Shown here in pieces: positions 1 through 13,029 of a DNA stretch of 63,809 bases (position 1 is its first letter; the number at the start of each line of letters is the position of its first letter). Under the pieces are notes generated by a model. The model had not been told where the DNA came from. It searched no databases and saw only the letters and a list, made by a program, of their open reading frames with translations. The DNA lies in contig NC_057720.1 of the NCBI RefSeq assembly GCF_004010195.1, positions 30,438,927 through 30,502,735 of the forward strand, written 5' to 3'. The DNA is from Chiloscyllium plagiosum. Its lineage: Eukaryota. The translations under genes were made by a program, and so were the position numbers.

Positions 1-799
1 CATTAGAAAATGAGGGAAGAACCGCTACCTATTTTACAAATAACCCAGAAAGAGATGCTATAAATCAGATTATAACATTATAAGTAATATCTACAAGTGT
101 TTTAATTTTGATATGTAGGGCTCCAGTTTTGTGGAATGCTCATAATTACCTACAGTACACATTTCACCTTTAGGTGGCCCTGTGATACATACTTTTATTG
201 TTGATGTAGTCATGTTGTATGGTAGGTACTGTTTTATGAGGATCCATCCTTGAGATTGCACAATTTGACTGCGGGGATTCCTCAGCTGAGCTTTCTGAAA
301 ATATCTTGAGGAGCCTTTTGTTATCCTTATCTAAAACATCTAATATCTGAAATGCTTAGAATTTTTAAAAAAATATATGTTTCATAAATATATGATTAAA
401 CTTAACCATTAAGTTGGTTTTATTTTGTCTCTTTTAATTAAAATTTTGCTCTAAGTTCTTTGTCTGTCCTGAAAGCCTGGCTGTGAAATTCACATAAGTC
501 TCAGGACTTCGGATTGTGAACTGAAGTTGGAATGTACAATATAAGTATGTGAAGTGCATGTCCCATCCCAGGATGCATTAATAACATTTCACAAGCTAAT
601 TGTTCACCAGGTGTCCTCATGGGGCATGTATAGGAGAAAGAAAACCAGAAATAACTGGAGAAACACAGTGTCTATGGAGAGGGAAAGAAGAGTCAGCATT
701 TCAGGTCCTTTAGTCTTTTTCAGAATAGAAAGAGAAAGAGGTCATGGTTAATAATGATAGTAACCATAGCAGCACACAAGCTATGGCCAGGGACACATG

Positions 800-1090
800 T
801 ATCCCATAATTCATTCATGAGGTGCAGCCTTCACACAGTAGAGTTAAGAGTCAATCGCATTTTTATGAGTCCAGAGTCATGTATTGGTTAGGTCAGGAAA
901 GGAGAGCAACATTCCCTTCCCTAAAGGGCATTAATAAACCAGATGTGTGTTTACAAACCTGATGACTTTATTTTAGTTGTTTATTGAATTCAGCTTTCAC
1001 CGTCTGCCCGGATGGGATTCAAAGCCACATTCTCAGAATTTTGGGCAGGATGACTAATCCAGTGACATTACCACGACACCAGCAGTTCTC
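800..1090 (-). mobile_element. Degenerate tRNA-derived shark SINE (same family as 63067-63332)
   Basis: Reverse complement of the family motifs (gttaagagtcaa, cttccctaaagggcatta, aatccagtgacattaccac) seen at 27010-27320, 45922-46180 and 63067-63332. Confidence 0.6.
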
Positions 1091-1205
1091 CTCTGTGTTT
1101 TTAGTGTTTACTCACTTTACTGTTTATATGGAGGTCACCAGTATCTTTATACTTCACAATGCTTTCTTAGTGCATGCGCACTGACTTCAGCACTAACTGA
1201 CAGAC

Positions 1206-1547
1206 AGGTGAAACTAAGTACTGCAGATGCTGGAGATTAAAGTCGAGAGTGTGGTGCTGGAAAAGGACAGCAGGTGAGGCAACATCCAAGGAGCAGGAAA
1301 ATCGATGTTTCAAGCAAAAGCCCTTCATCAGGAATGAGAATTCCTGCATGCTTAAGAAAGCAGTGTGAACCATAAAGAGGCTGGCTGTCTGTCAGTTAGC
1401 ATCTGAGGAGCAGGAAAATTGATGTTTCGGGCAAAATCAGAGAATTCCTGATGAAAGGCTTTTGCATGGAATGTCGATTTTCTGGCTCCTTGGATGCTAA
1501 CTGATAGACAGCCAGCCTCTGTGTGGTGCACACTGCTTTCTTAAGCA
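1206..1547. mobile_element. Penelope-like foldback remnants with an inverted flank duplication
   Basis: ctgcagatgctggag...cccttcatcaggaat arm plus a second hairpin (1349-1547); decayed hammerhead-like cores. Confidence 0.65.
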
Positions 1548-1924
1548 CACAGGGTCTTCAGTGCTCACTTACAGGCTGTCAGCCTTTGTGGCTTGCATTG
1601 CTTTTTAGCATACAATGAGAGGTATCAGCTTGTGACCATGGGGAGCACTGACTAATCAGTTTAAAAGTTGGACTGAGGTTGCACATGCTGCCATATGGCA
1701 CAGTGTGATGTCAACATCAAATCTGCTGTTTGTTCCAGTAAGTCTGCATGACAAACGCACTTCAAGCATACTTCAATGAAATGGTCATGTGTGAAAGTCA
1801 AAGAGGAACACTCCTTAGTGGAGTTGAGGGGTCTGTAGTTAGTCAGGGAGTGCCATCGCAGTTAGTCAAGGGGCTCATCACATGCAGGGAATTGGCCACA
1901 GTTAGTTAGGCATTTCATCCTACA

Positions 1925-2790
1925 TTTGATTTGATTTGATTTATTATTGTCACATGTACCTAAGTGCAGTGAAAAGTTATGTTTTGTGCACAGTACATGC
2001 AGATCAAAACATACAAAGATCATTCAGTGATTGAACAGAGTGAGGAATACAAAGTTGCGACTGCAAAGAAGGTGTATAAAAAGCAAGATCGACATTATAT
2101 TTGAAACTTGAGAGTTCAATTCAAAAGTGTAATAACAGCGGGAAGAAACTGTTCTTGAACTCATTGATATATGTGTTTAAGCTTTTGTATCTTCTGCCTA
2201 ATCAGAAAGGTTGGAAAAGATTATAGCTGGGGTGGGAGGGGTCTTTAATGATATTGGCTGCCCTTCCAAGGCTTTGGGAAGTGTAAATGGAGTCAATGGA
2301 TAGAAGCTTGGTCTGGGTTGTGTTCACAACTCTCTGTAGTTTCTTGCCATTCAGGGGAGAGCAATTGCCATACCAAGCCGTGATGCATCGTTGTGCAGGC
2401 ATTGTTGTGCCTTCTTGATTGTTGTATCAACATGGGTGGTCCAGGACAGATTGTTGGTGATCATCATTCCTCAGAATTTGACACTCTCGACCATCTCCAC
2501 CTCAGCTCCATTGATGTAGATAGGGGCATGCCCTCCTCCTTGCTTCCTGAAGTTGATGATCAGCTCCTTCATTTTGCTGACTTTGCGGGAGAGATTGTTA
2601 TCTTTACACCACATTACCAAGACTTGTAGATGGAGTTCAGACAAAATTTGACCATACAGTCATGAGTGTACAGGGTGTACAGTCAGGGGATGAGTACACA
2701 GGGCGCCGGTGTGGAGGATTGTCATAGAGAAAGTACTGTTGTGGTCTGTGGGTCAGAAAGTCGAGGATGCTGCAAAGGGTGCAGCAGAGA
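1925..2790 (-). mobile_element. Rex-Babar (Rex1-like) LINE 3' fragment
   Basis: (tttga)n tail with tattgtcacatgtacc; minus-strand translation CITAWYGNCS...KKLQRVVNT...IIKDPSHP. Confidence 0.85.
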
Positions 2791-3411
2791 CCTAGATCTC
2801 AGAGAGTCCAAAGATCCATGTCCTTGGAGGTCAGGGATAAGACAAAAGTCAACCCTGCAGGTCAAATGCAAGCAGCCCAGTGATTACAGGAAGATTAATT
2901 AGTGAGCAGTTACAGTTACCCTGCCATGTTAGTTATGGAGGGTGGGCCATAGTCAGTTCTGAGGTTTAACGTAGAAACATGAAACAGGGACAGGAGTAGG
3001 CCATTCAGTTTAATATTAGGCAAGAGCTTACTCAAGTCTCAGGATGTATTTCATGGTGCTGAGTTGCTGAGGGCTTGGTGACAATAATAACAGACGATTG
3101 TAAGGTGAGACATCATTGTGAGAGTGAGGGAACTGGGACTTCTGGGGGACACGAGGGAAAGCTCACAGTTACAGAAACTCTGGCCTCTAAATGAGGAGAA
3201 TATAGCACCAACAACAGCACAGAAATTTCTAAAGTGGTTGGCTCTTTGGGTAAATTGGGAATATTAATATTATGTAAAGGGCTCCAAATGGAAACAGGAA
3301 TATGAAACATGATATGGAATGGAATGTGAGGGTTAGCGAGATAGAGAGAAATTTGTTAATCACAGACGGTCTCTGCAACCCACACACTGAAATGAAGTTG
3401 GTACCTGGCAC

Positions 3412-3580
3412 ATCGCTACCTTCTCCCAGCCCCATCCCCTCTCCCCCATTTATCTCTCCACCCTGGAGGCTCCCTGCCTCCATTCCTGATGAAGGGCTTT
3501 TGCCCGAAACGTCGATTTTCCTAGCTCCTTGGATGCTGCCTGACCTGCTGTGCTTTTCCAGTACCACTCTAGTCTAAACA
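3412..3580 (+). mobile_element. Penelope-like terminal repeat fragment with an intact minimal hammerhead core
   Basis: CTGATGA-A-GGGC-TTTT-GCCC-GAAA-CGTC at 3486-3513, followed by the family arm gatgctgcctgacctgctgtgcttttccag. Confidence 0.75.
3486..3513 (+). ncRNA. Minimal type I hammerhead ribozyme core (ACGU stem III)
   Basis: All core nucleotides present: CUGAUGA, GAAA and a GUC cleavage triplet; 4-bp stem II; palindromic loopless stem III. Stem I is short and weak. Confidence 0.65.
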
Positions 3581-4589
3581 TCAGATTGAAAGTCAACTGC
3601 TGAATTACTAGACCAAACGGCTGTCACTACATGCAAAGTAGGTCATTTTTCTTTCGGGGATTGAATAAAGCTTTTGGAACTAAGGCCCTCCTATGGGCAA
3701 TTGCAGTGTTAATGCTTATATTTATTCAGTAATGCTACCCATCTGTCTTTAATTCACAGTGCATCAGCAGGTGATTCATTGTCCAAGAACACAAATTTTA
3801 AAATTATGGCCTCAGCTAACATGACCACTACAATATGTACACTAATTGCCTCCTTGTCATGTCAACTAAGCAACCCTAATGAGAATGAGATACTTAAAAG
3901 CAGAGCCTGAAGTTCTCATTTCGCACCACATTTCAAAAGAAGTACTGGAAGACAATACTTTACAGCTGCCATAGTCACGCACTGAACTGTAAGTATGCAA
4001 GATTATGGGTTGTGATGTGGAAGAGAGACTTTTTGTGGGTTAGAACTGATATGGTGGCTTACTGGAAGAGTTTTGTTCCCAATATAACACGAAAACTTTG
4101 TGTAATGTACATTTCGGTAAGGTCACATAATTGGACGTCTTCTTAAGAAGATGTGTCAATGACAAACTCTGGAAGCCTCTATCTTCATTGTGGGAGGGCA
4201 TAACATGAGATTCATGGATATGAGGGTTCATAAGATCCTTTAATAAAACTGTGTTATCTTTCTAATAATCCCCATAGGTTATCAGCTCAAGGGTCTCAAG
4301 TGAAGAATGCCATCGTTTGAGTTGTTGTGGCCAACATAGCAGGAGTCAGCCATGACAACATTATCAGGAAGTTCTGCAAGAACAGAAACCAGCAGCAGCT
4401 ACCCCACAGCCTCCAGAGGGACAAGCAGCAGGTGAAGAGCCTTCAAGGAAGTGGAGATATATAATAAGAGCCAAATTTCTAGGCCTCACTGTTAGTGCAG
4501 CCACTGATTAAGGAAGTTCCACTCTAGCATCTTTGAACAGTTTGAACCTGCTGAAGCAGGTCTTGTGCTCTGAAGGATTGAGCGGCATT

Positions 4590-5265
4590 CTGACCATGAT
4601 AGCTTTCAAAGTCACAGCTGCCCTAAGCCTTTATGCCAGTGGTTCATTTAGGGGAGCAACTGAGAATCTGTGTGACATCTCCCCAATCTCAACCCACAAC
4701 AGAATCTGGGATGTCACCTAATGCTGTTATCTCTAGATTGCACTAATTTATATCTTCCCCCATGACAAGGTCAGTCAAGCAGTCTGTGCAGTGAGATTGT
4801 CCAACATCACTGGCTTCCCTCAGCCACAGAGCACTATTGACTGTATAAAAGTTACTTTGAGAGTGCCATATCACCAATCTTTGTCAACAGAAAAGTCTGG
4901 CACTCCGTCAGTCTTCAAATTATACATTATCATTGATGCCAGATTCTGGAGATCTTGAGATCTACCATGACTCTATACTAGAGAACTCATATGTTCCCAC
5001 CTCCTTCCAAAGTCCTCAGGTCATACAGGGATGGTCGTTAGGAGACAAGAGGTATCCCTTCCAAATATGATATTTTTACAGTATCCTTTGACTGATGAGA
5101 AGATGAAGATGCAATGCTATTCACACTTTCACCAGCACTGTAATGGAACAGATTAAAGTCCTCGTGAAGATGAGGATTTCATGTTTGCAGTGCTGCAGCA
5201 GAATCTTCCAGTGAAGGCCAGAAAAGATGTCCTGCATTATTCTTACAAGCTGTGCCATCATGCTT
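4590..5265 (+). pseudogene. PIF/Harbinger (HARBI1-like) DDE transposase remnant
   Basis: Frameshifted blocks in colinear order: KVTAALSLYASGSF, ITGFPQPQSTIDC, FVNRKVWHS, GWSLGDKRYP, TSTVMEQIKVLVKMRISCL, PEKMSCIILTSC. Confidence 0.85.
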
Positions 5266-6999
5266 AGCGCAAAAAAAGTCTCCAATGGCCACTGTGAACA
5301 TTCAATGAAGCATTTTAAAGAAACAATTCCAGGTATGTCCACAAGATTTGTAATAAATTGCCCTTTTCATAATCCTTACAAATGGGATCCAATAACTATC
5401 CTGGACTCATGGTATCCAAGATCCCACCTAGCATACCTGATGTGCCATATCTACCCCAGTCTACTCTAAACGCTCCATCACTTACCTGATTTGATTTGAT
5501 TTATTGTAGTAACATATACCTAAGCACAGTGAAAAGCTTTGTTTAGTGAGCAGTATCATAGCAAACAAGGGCATACAGATCATAGGCTGCTTAGACAGAG
5601 CACCTGACTCCCCCTTCTTATCATCACACTACAATCTACCCCCTTGTCACCCTAACTACCAGGCATCCTATACAACTGGCACCGTATATAAATGGGATCA
5701 TACTTCTATTCACCTACTACTCTACATACTTGTCACAGTATACAACTGGCACCCTTTAAAGCTGGCACCTTACTTCCTACTCACCTGGCATATGAACCTA
5801 CCTAGCACCCAGTCTACCTGGCACCCTACCCTCAAACCTACCCTATGTACTTACCCTTTCAAAAGGAGCTGTCAAAGTGGTTGCCTGTGATGCTGGACAT
5901 TTAAATTACAGTATATGGCAACTACTCCTTTGAAAGTTGGGTCTTGGTTTGATGTCCCCTGTTAACCTACACCACAAGGGTCCTGTCATTTAAATTATAT
6001 TTCTGAATGATCCTTAATCAGAATCTCCTGCCTCTCTCTCTTAAGGTAGGGAAAAAGGACCAGAGTAGAAACCTGACTGTGATTGCAACTTCTCAGAACA
6101 TCCAGAGATCCATAAATTGTAAAAGACTCAGTACTTCTTAATCTTTGACACAATTTCTATAACATCAGAGCTCCAGCTTCAGATTGAGCCTGGAGATGGA
6201 ATGAGAATGCAAGTCCGGGAGAGCGAAGCAGCAATTGGGACATGGAGAAACTACAATTCAAAGGTTGGGAATAAGAAAAGGCCAGATCTTGGAGTGTCTA
6301 GACATAGGTAGAGGCCACAGTTTGGAGAGTTTGAGGAGGAGAAAGTTTCTGCAGCAGCCAGGATGTTCATGAAACTAGAGGCTTGTGAAGCAGGATTGCA
6401 AGCAACAAATGATATTGTTCTTTAATATTTTAAAATTTATCTAGTAGCAATTTAGCAATGAAAACTATTTCAACTTAGAAGGTATAATGTTTTAATATTT
6501 GTGTTTTCTTCGGATAAGGAAAGCCCTTCGAAACCTAACTATAGTTTTTAAATCCTTGAGAAATTAATGTTGTGATTAAAATTATTTCAACTAATGTCGC
6601 AGTTTTCAGAACTTTATATGAATGCTTCTACGAATTCTCCCATACTTGGACATTTTGATGCATGAAAGTTGCTTTCCAAATACTTTATGTTCATGGACAT
6701 ATTTAATAGATTAATCTAAAGAGTGTTGGGAGCTTTTAACTAAATCTGAGTTAATAATAATTCTCAATGCCTCACCCCACATGGGAGCAGTTTAATAGAC
6801 CAAGATTTAAAAATATTCTGCAATTTAAGGTTTTACTGAATTTCAAAGCTAAAATATAATTAAGAGTCAATGATTGAGAAATTGGTTAGTGCCAGTCTGT
6901 CAATATGAACTGACCACAGGAAATTATCCCTGCATTGGAACAGATGGATCTGAGTCAGATCTGATTTTGAGTCTCTGGCCTGTGAACATAAGGTCAGCA

Positions 7000-8334
7000 A
7001 GCTGTAAATGACCTCTACATTCATGAAGTGTTTCAAAAGGCTGGTCAAGGTCCATATCAACTCTAGTCTCCCAGCCTGCCCTCAATATCCCTTGCAATTT
7101 GCCTACCAACATGACAGGTCCACAGTGGATGCCATTTCCCTAGCCCTGCACTCTTCCCTAGAACATCTGGATAACAAGGACACATACATTAGACTCCTAC
7201 TCATCGACTACAGCTCCACCTTCAATACCATAATCCCCTCCAGACTGATCTCAAAACTTGAGACCTAGATTTCGGCTCCATCCTCTGCAATTGGATCCTC
7301 AGCTCTCTGAACCACAGACCGCAATCAGTAAAGATAGTCAACTGCACCTCCTCCACCACAACACTCAATGCTGGAGCCACCTTCTCCCCCTAAAGATGCA
7401 TTCTCAGCACCCTACCATACTCCCTGCAAACCCATGCCTGTGTAGCCAAATTCCGAGAAAGCGTCATCTACAAGTTTGCAGATGACACCAGCATAGTAGG
7501 ATGATTATCTAACAATGATGAATCAGAATACAGAAAGGAGGTAGAGGGTTTGGTGTCATGGTGTAATGATATCAACCTCTCTTTCAATGTTGGCAAAACA
7601 AAAGAACTGATCATTGACTTCAGAAAGAAAGGAGGAGAACATGCCCCCATTTACTTCAACGGAGCGGGGAGTTGAGAGGGTTGAAAGCATCAAGTTCCTA
7701 GGAATGACTATAACTGACAACCTGTCCTGGATTTCCCACATAGATGCAACAGTCAAGAAGGCACAACAATGCCTCTTTAATCTCAGGTGGCTTAGGAAAT
7801 ACAGCATGTCTTTTACGGCCCTCATGAATTTTTATAGATGCACTATCAACTGCATACTATCCGGATACATAACAGCCTGGTACAGCAACTGCTCTGCACA
7901 GGTCAATGAGAAACTACACAAGATTGTGTGCACAGCCCAGACCATCAGCCAACCTTCCATCCATGCACTCCAGTTACACTTCTCGTTGCTGCGGAAAGGC
8001 TGCCAACATCACTAAAAAACCCTGCCACCCCCGGTAATGCTCTTCTACAACCTCTTCCAGCAGGCAGAAGATATAGAAGCTTGAACACACACACCAGCAG
8101 TTTCAAGAACAGTTTATTAGTCTGATGAATGGACTCTCTAACTTAAAACTATGTTGATCTTCTTAATGTTGATCTTGCTTCACGTACCTCCTGTATAGTG
8201 TAACCAGTATGCCTCACTCTGTCTAAGCTCCCTATAATGTATATGTCCTTGCTTACTATGATCTGCCTGTACTTGCAGATAAAACTTTTCACTGTACTTA
8301 GGTACACGTGACTACAATAAATCAAATCAAATCA
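7000..8334 (+). mobile_element. Rex-Babar LINE, 5'-truncated RT region
   Basis: MKCFKRLVK...PLQFAY...RSTVDAI...[29 protein letters not shown]; (aaatc)n tail. Confidence 0.92.
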
Positions 8335-8575
8335 GGTGCCTGCCACTTGAGAAAACAACAGCTCAAAATCAATGAAGATTAAATATGTTGTCAGTAATAT
8401 CCTTCAGGAACAGTATGGGGTGTCTGAGAAAAGAGAGGAAATAACTGGGTGGGAGAGGATAACTCGAGGAATTATGGGGCATGTAAGAAAGGTACTTCAA
8501 TTAATGTTGATGATGTAAATTTTCACGTAGATTGGACAAATTAAATTAGCAGCAGTAGCTCTGAGAATGAGTTCG

Positions 8576-8870
8576 ATTGGATGAGATTCCCTACTGCATG
8601 GAAACAGGCCACTTGGCCCAACAAGTCCACACCAACCTTCCAAAGAGTAATCCACCCAGATCCATTTCCCTCTGACTAATGTACCTAACACTATGGGCAA
8701 TTTAGCATGGCCAATTCACCTGATCTGCACATCTTTGGACTGTGGGAGGAAATCCATACAAACATGGGGTGAATGTGCAAACTCCACAGAGACAGTCACC
8801 CAAGGCTGAGAATTGAACCCAGGCCCCTGGTGCTGTGAGGTAGCAGTGCTAACCACTGAGCCACCGTGAT
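8576..8870 (-). mobile_element. HE1-type V-SINE
   Basis: Reverse complement of the tRNA head (tggctcagtggttagcact), V-core (tgtggagtttgcac) and CR1-like tail. Confidence 0.85.
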
Positions 8871-9473
8871 CCAGCATTTGAGCCGAGCTTCACACTCTTG
8901 CTCCACATTCAAGTATGTGTTCTGTAGAAGCATCCAGGAAGTGGATTCGGATGTGCCATGAGGGCTGTTTGAGGCTGGAACATATTGAATGCAAATATCT
9001 GTGGACATGTGGTGCAGGTGGCTGGTGCTCACAGTGTGCGCCCTGAGATGTTGGCGCTACTCGGGCAAGTAGCAAGCTGAATTCATGAGGCACCCACTTT
9101 GATTTCCATATTAACATTTCTTGACATGCAGCTGGTTTGGCTTCTCTGGTAAGTTACGAAGCTGAATATTAATGTAAATAACCGATCCATTAGCAAATCA
9201 TTTAATGAGAAATAATCTCCCTTAATTGATAACTGGCTACTTCCTTGTGATAAACTCAACGTGCTTCTTGTCAAAAGCATTAAAAATATCATAAGATGCT
9301 CCCAATGTCAAGATAGCCCTCAGTTGGCTTCTCATCCAATTCTGCCACAAATCACACCATAGCCCACACTCAGATTCCTATAAGAGTCTATCCATTGTGT
9401 GCAATGCATTCACAGAGACCTATGGAAGTAATGAATTACAAAGGCATGAGAACAATAGTGCATATAGTTTTTA

Positions 9474-9705
9474 AGGAGAAAGTGAGGTCTGCAGATGCTG
9501 GAGGTCAGAGTCGAAAAGTGTGACGTTGGAAAAACACAGCAGGTCAAGCAGTATCACAGGAGCAGGAGAATTGATGTTTCAGGCATAAGCCCTTCATCAG
9601 GAATGTCATCATTCCTGATGAAGGGCTTATGCCCCAAACATTGATTCTCCTGCACCTCAGATGCTGCCTGACCTACTGTGCTTTTCCAGTACTACACTTT
9701 TCGAC
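9474..9705. mobile_element. Penelope-like foldback element (inverted arms)
   Basis: Near-perfect inverted repeat centred near 9607 (cccttcatcaggaatg / cattcctgatgaaggg). Confidence 0.75.
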
Positions 9706-11445
9706 CACGTAGTTGGTAACTTGAGTAACTAAAAATGTACATGATAATGCATGTCTTTTGTATATCAAAAGAGGGATGTTTGGATTGAAATGCAATCGTA
9801 CAAATGCCTCTCCTAGTATGCTACGGTCAAAAGATCTTTACATTAAGGCACACACTACAGGCAGACATCTCAAACTTCAATTTAGTAAAGTCCTCCAGTT
9901 AAACGCACATCTATGCTGTAAAATAGCTATCCCACGTAGCAGCATTTCAGTTACATGCTTCTGTTTCTGTGTTTGCCAAAATGACAGATGGTGCCACGCC
10001 ATCCATCATAGATATGTTTGACAGAGGTAAAACAACATGGCACCACTGAATTTTCTAATGTCTTTAAAATGTTTAACCAACCAATTTGTTACCAGGAGAA
10101 CCAAAATTGCCTAGAACTTTATGCATTCATTTCATTTTAAATCTGCCATCCAGATATATTTAAATTAAATTATATAGTTTTACAGTGTATCTCCAAATAA
10201 AAGATTTTCAACATTTTCATGAAGGCTGTACATCACTACATGAAGCTGAACACCAGTTTCTGTAGTTTAATTTTTGCATTTAATCTGCAAGAAAATTTTC
10301 AATTACAGTTTCAATTGCAGCAACGCTGGAGTGTTTTGTTTTCACCGATTGGCTTGTTTACATTTTCATCATAGTCCCTTTATTGCAGCTGTTGGGACTT
10401 CCTGTGACCCAATAATATCTAGTAATGTTGAAAGATATCCTTAACTACATAACCTGCTCATCTGAGAGGAAATAAAAGTCGCTTTTAGAAGTTTGAGTGA
10501 GAGACTGTGAATCAGTTTTGTAAATTATTATGGTTGCATTTATCTGTTAGTGTATTGATAAACACTGAGTAATCCAGCTTGTTCAGTTATCACCGTATAC
10601 CAGTCAAGCTGAGGCGACTGTCAGGTACAGACTTAAGCTGAATGCTAGATCAGAACAGGTTAGAGCTGTTCTTGGGACATACATAGGAGCTCTCCACTTG
10701 CTGCTGTCACCACTTGAACTGTGGAAACAGTACAAGACAATTGCGTCCTCCTGGAACCCACTAGTTTTCAATAGTTGGTGAGTAGTTCCTTTAAACTAAG
10801 TCAAAAAAGGAGTCCTCTAGTATTTAATTAGCAAATTTATATTTTATAACCTTATGCCCCAGAATGGGACATGGATAAGTAAGTGAATGGGATAAGTAAG
10901 TGACTGGTTGAGGACACAGTGCTTGTTCAACTGTCTTTCCAGGGAAAATGTCTGATGTCAAGAATGTACTGGGAATGGAGCAGTAATGTGCCAGTGGTGG
11001 GGGAGGGGGTGCATATTGTACGACTTCTACAGTCTCACATCAATCCACTGTGAAGCAGCATAGCACCGCATGATGTGCTTTCTAATGTTATGTCAACTGA
11101 ACTGTTATGGCTAAGGATAAATAAGTGGAGGGGCTTGATTGATAAGTGTTTTGAGCACACGTAAAAAGGGCCATCAGTTTGATACTTAGGAGACAGAGTA
11201 CGTAATGCTGTATTCTGTGAATAACTGGCCATCAAAGAAGGGATTTGTGTCCAGATTATTCATAGCCGTCATCTTTTAAATCCTTGGGAAGGGACTGACA
11301 AGTAGAAAGAAATCAACAAATAAATGGACACGGATTTAGAATTAGAGACTATAAAAACAGAGGTATTTCAAAATCTGACAAACTGAACATACTAATTCAA
11401 TGATACAATTTATTTTATTTTTAAGTGAACAGAATAAAACACAGA

Positions 11446-11701
11446 CCCCCAAAAGAGAAAATGCTGGAAAATTTCAGCAGGTCTGGCAGCATCTGTAAGG
11501 AGAGAAAAGAGCTGATGTTTCGAGTCTAACTGACCCTTTGTCAAAGCTTTTTTTGACTAAAAAAAGCTTTGACAAAGGGTCAGTTAGACTCGAAACGTCA
11601 GCTCTATTCTCTCCTTACAGATGCTGCCAGACCTGCTGAAATTTTCCAGCATTTTCTCCTTTGGTTTCAGATTCCAGCATCCGCAGTAATTTGCTTTTAT
11701 C
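11446..11701. mobile_element. Penelope-like foldback element, second family, 16-bp TSD
   Basis: Inverted arms centred near 11557; TSD cagaataa(a/c)acacaga at 11430-11445 and 11702-11717. Confidence 0.8.
11565..11603 (+). ncRNA. Minimal hammerhead ribozyme, U3-A8 variant
   Basis: AGCT-TTGACAA-A-GGGTC-AGTTA-GACTC-GAAA-CGTC-AGCT: stem I 4 bp, stem II 5 bp, ACGU stem III. Confidence 0.65.
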
Positions 11702-11764
11702 CAGAATAACACACAGAATTGAAAATAAAAGACGCATAGGATTGCCTTTCCCAGGATAGCGCAG

Positions 11765-12075
11765 AGGCTCAGTGGTTAGCACTGCTGCCCTCACAGCACC
11801 AGGGACCTGGGTTCGATTCCTGTCTTGGGTGACTGTCTGTGTGGAGTTTGCACATTGTCCCCATGTCTGTGTAGGTTTCCTCTGGGTGCACTGTTTTCCT
11901 CCCACTATCCAACGATGTGCAGGCCAGGTAAATTGGCCAAGCTAAATTGCCCATAGTAATAGGTGCATTAATCAGGCGTAAATATAGGCTAGGGGAATGG
12001 GTCTGGGTGGGTTACTCTTCGGAGGGTTGGTATGGACTTGTTGGGCCAAAGGGCCTGTTTCCATACTGTAGGGAA
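11765..12075 (+). mobile_element. HE1-type V-SINE
   Basis: A box ggctcagtggttag, B box gggttcgattcc, V-core and CR1-like tail. Confidence 0.88.
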
Positions 12076-13029
12076 TCCAATCTGGAATAGGATTGGATGT
12101 GTAAATTGCATATGATTCAAATAAAATGTGGCTTTCTGCTACAAGCGTCAATATCAAAATTATGAGCAGAGAATAAAAGCAGGCTGAATTTTGCCCAAGC
12201 CTCAAATTACTATGATATAGCTGGACACCTTATGAAAATGAGACACTTTTTGAGACGGAGGGAAGAAAAAGTGAAGGAAAGAAAGCAAGGTGGACTGCTT
12301 TCTCATAGCCTAGCAGTTGGATCAAAACAACATTACTTGTCATCTGAAAACAGGTACACAGTTTGTCCTTTCAACCATTTAATAGATGGAGGCTATAAGA
12401 TATAAAATAAATAAGATATAATCCTTCACAGAAGAGCTGGGCTAGTTCTTGCCTGGACAAGAAATTACATTATATAGATAGTAAAAGTGGTAATAATGAA
12501 TGAACACATTGTCCATATGATTTTCTGGACTGGTTTTGATTGCTTGCAGAAATCAGAGAGGAATTTTCCAGTTTTTTTTCTCTCCTCGGGATGGGGTTAG
12601 TTGTAAGAAGACAATAATAATATGGTATCCTATGTGTGGCAAACTTGATGGGAAACTTGTCTTTTAAAGCCCATCAATTTAATGTAGTCAGAAACCGAAA
12701 AGAGGAATATATTGTGACAAAGGAAATGTCAAAATGTGAAACACCAGATACCTATCAGGCAGGGAGGTAGTTGTCGAGAGAGGGAGCCATGGTTTACTAA
12801 AGAAGTTGAAGCTCATGTCAAGAGAAAGAAAAAGGCTTTTGTGAGGATGAATCTAGCAGTCTCAGTTAGGGGGATTGAGAGTTATAAGTTAGCCAGAAAC
12901 AATCTAAAGAGAGGGCTAAGAAGAGCCAGGAGGGGACATGAGAAGTTGTTGGCGGATAGGATCAAAGAAAACCCTCAGGCCTTCTACAGGAATATCACGA
13001 ATAAAAGAATGACTAGAGTAAGATTAGGG

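Noticed and set aside
4011..4290. Possible solo LTR (TG start, AATAAA)
   Set aside because: No matching CA end or TSD could be established.
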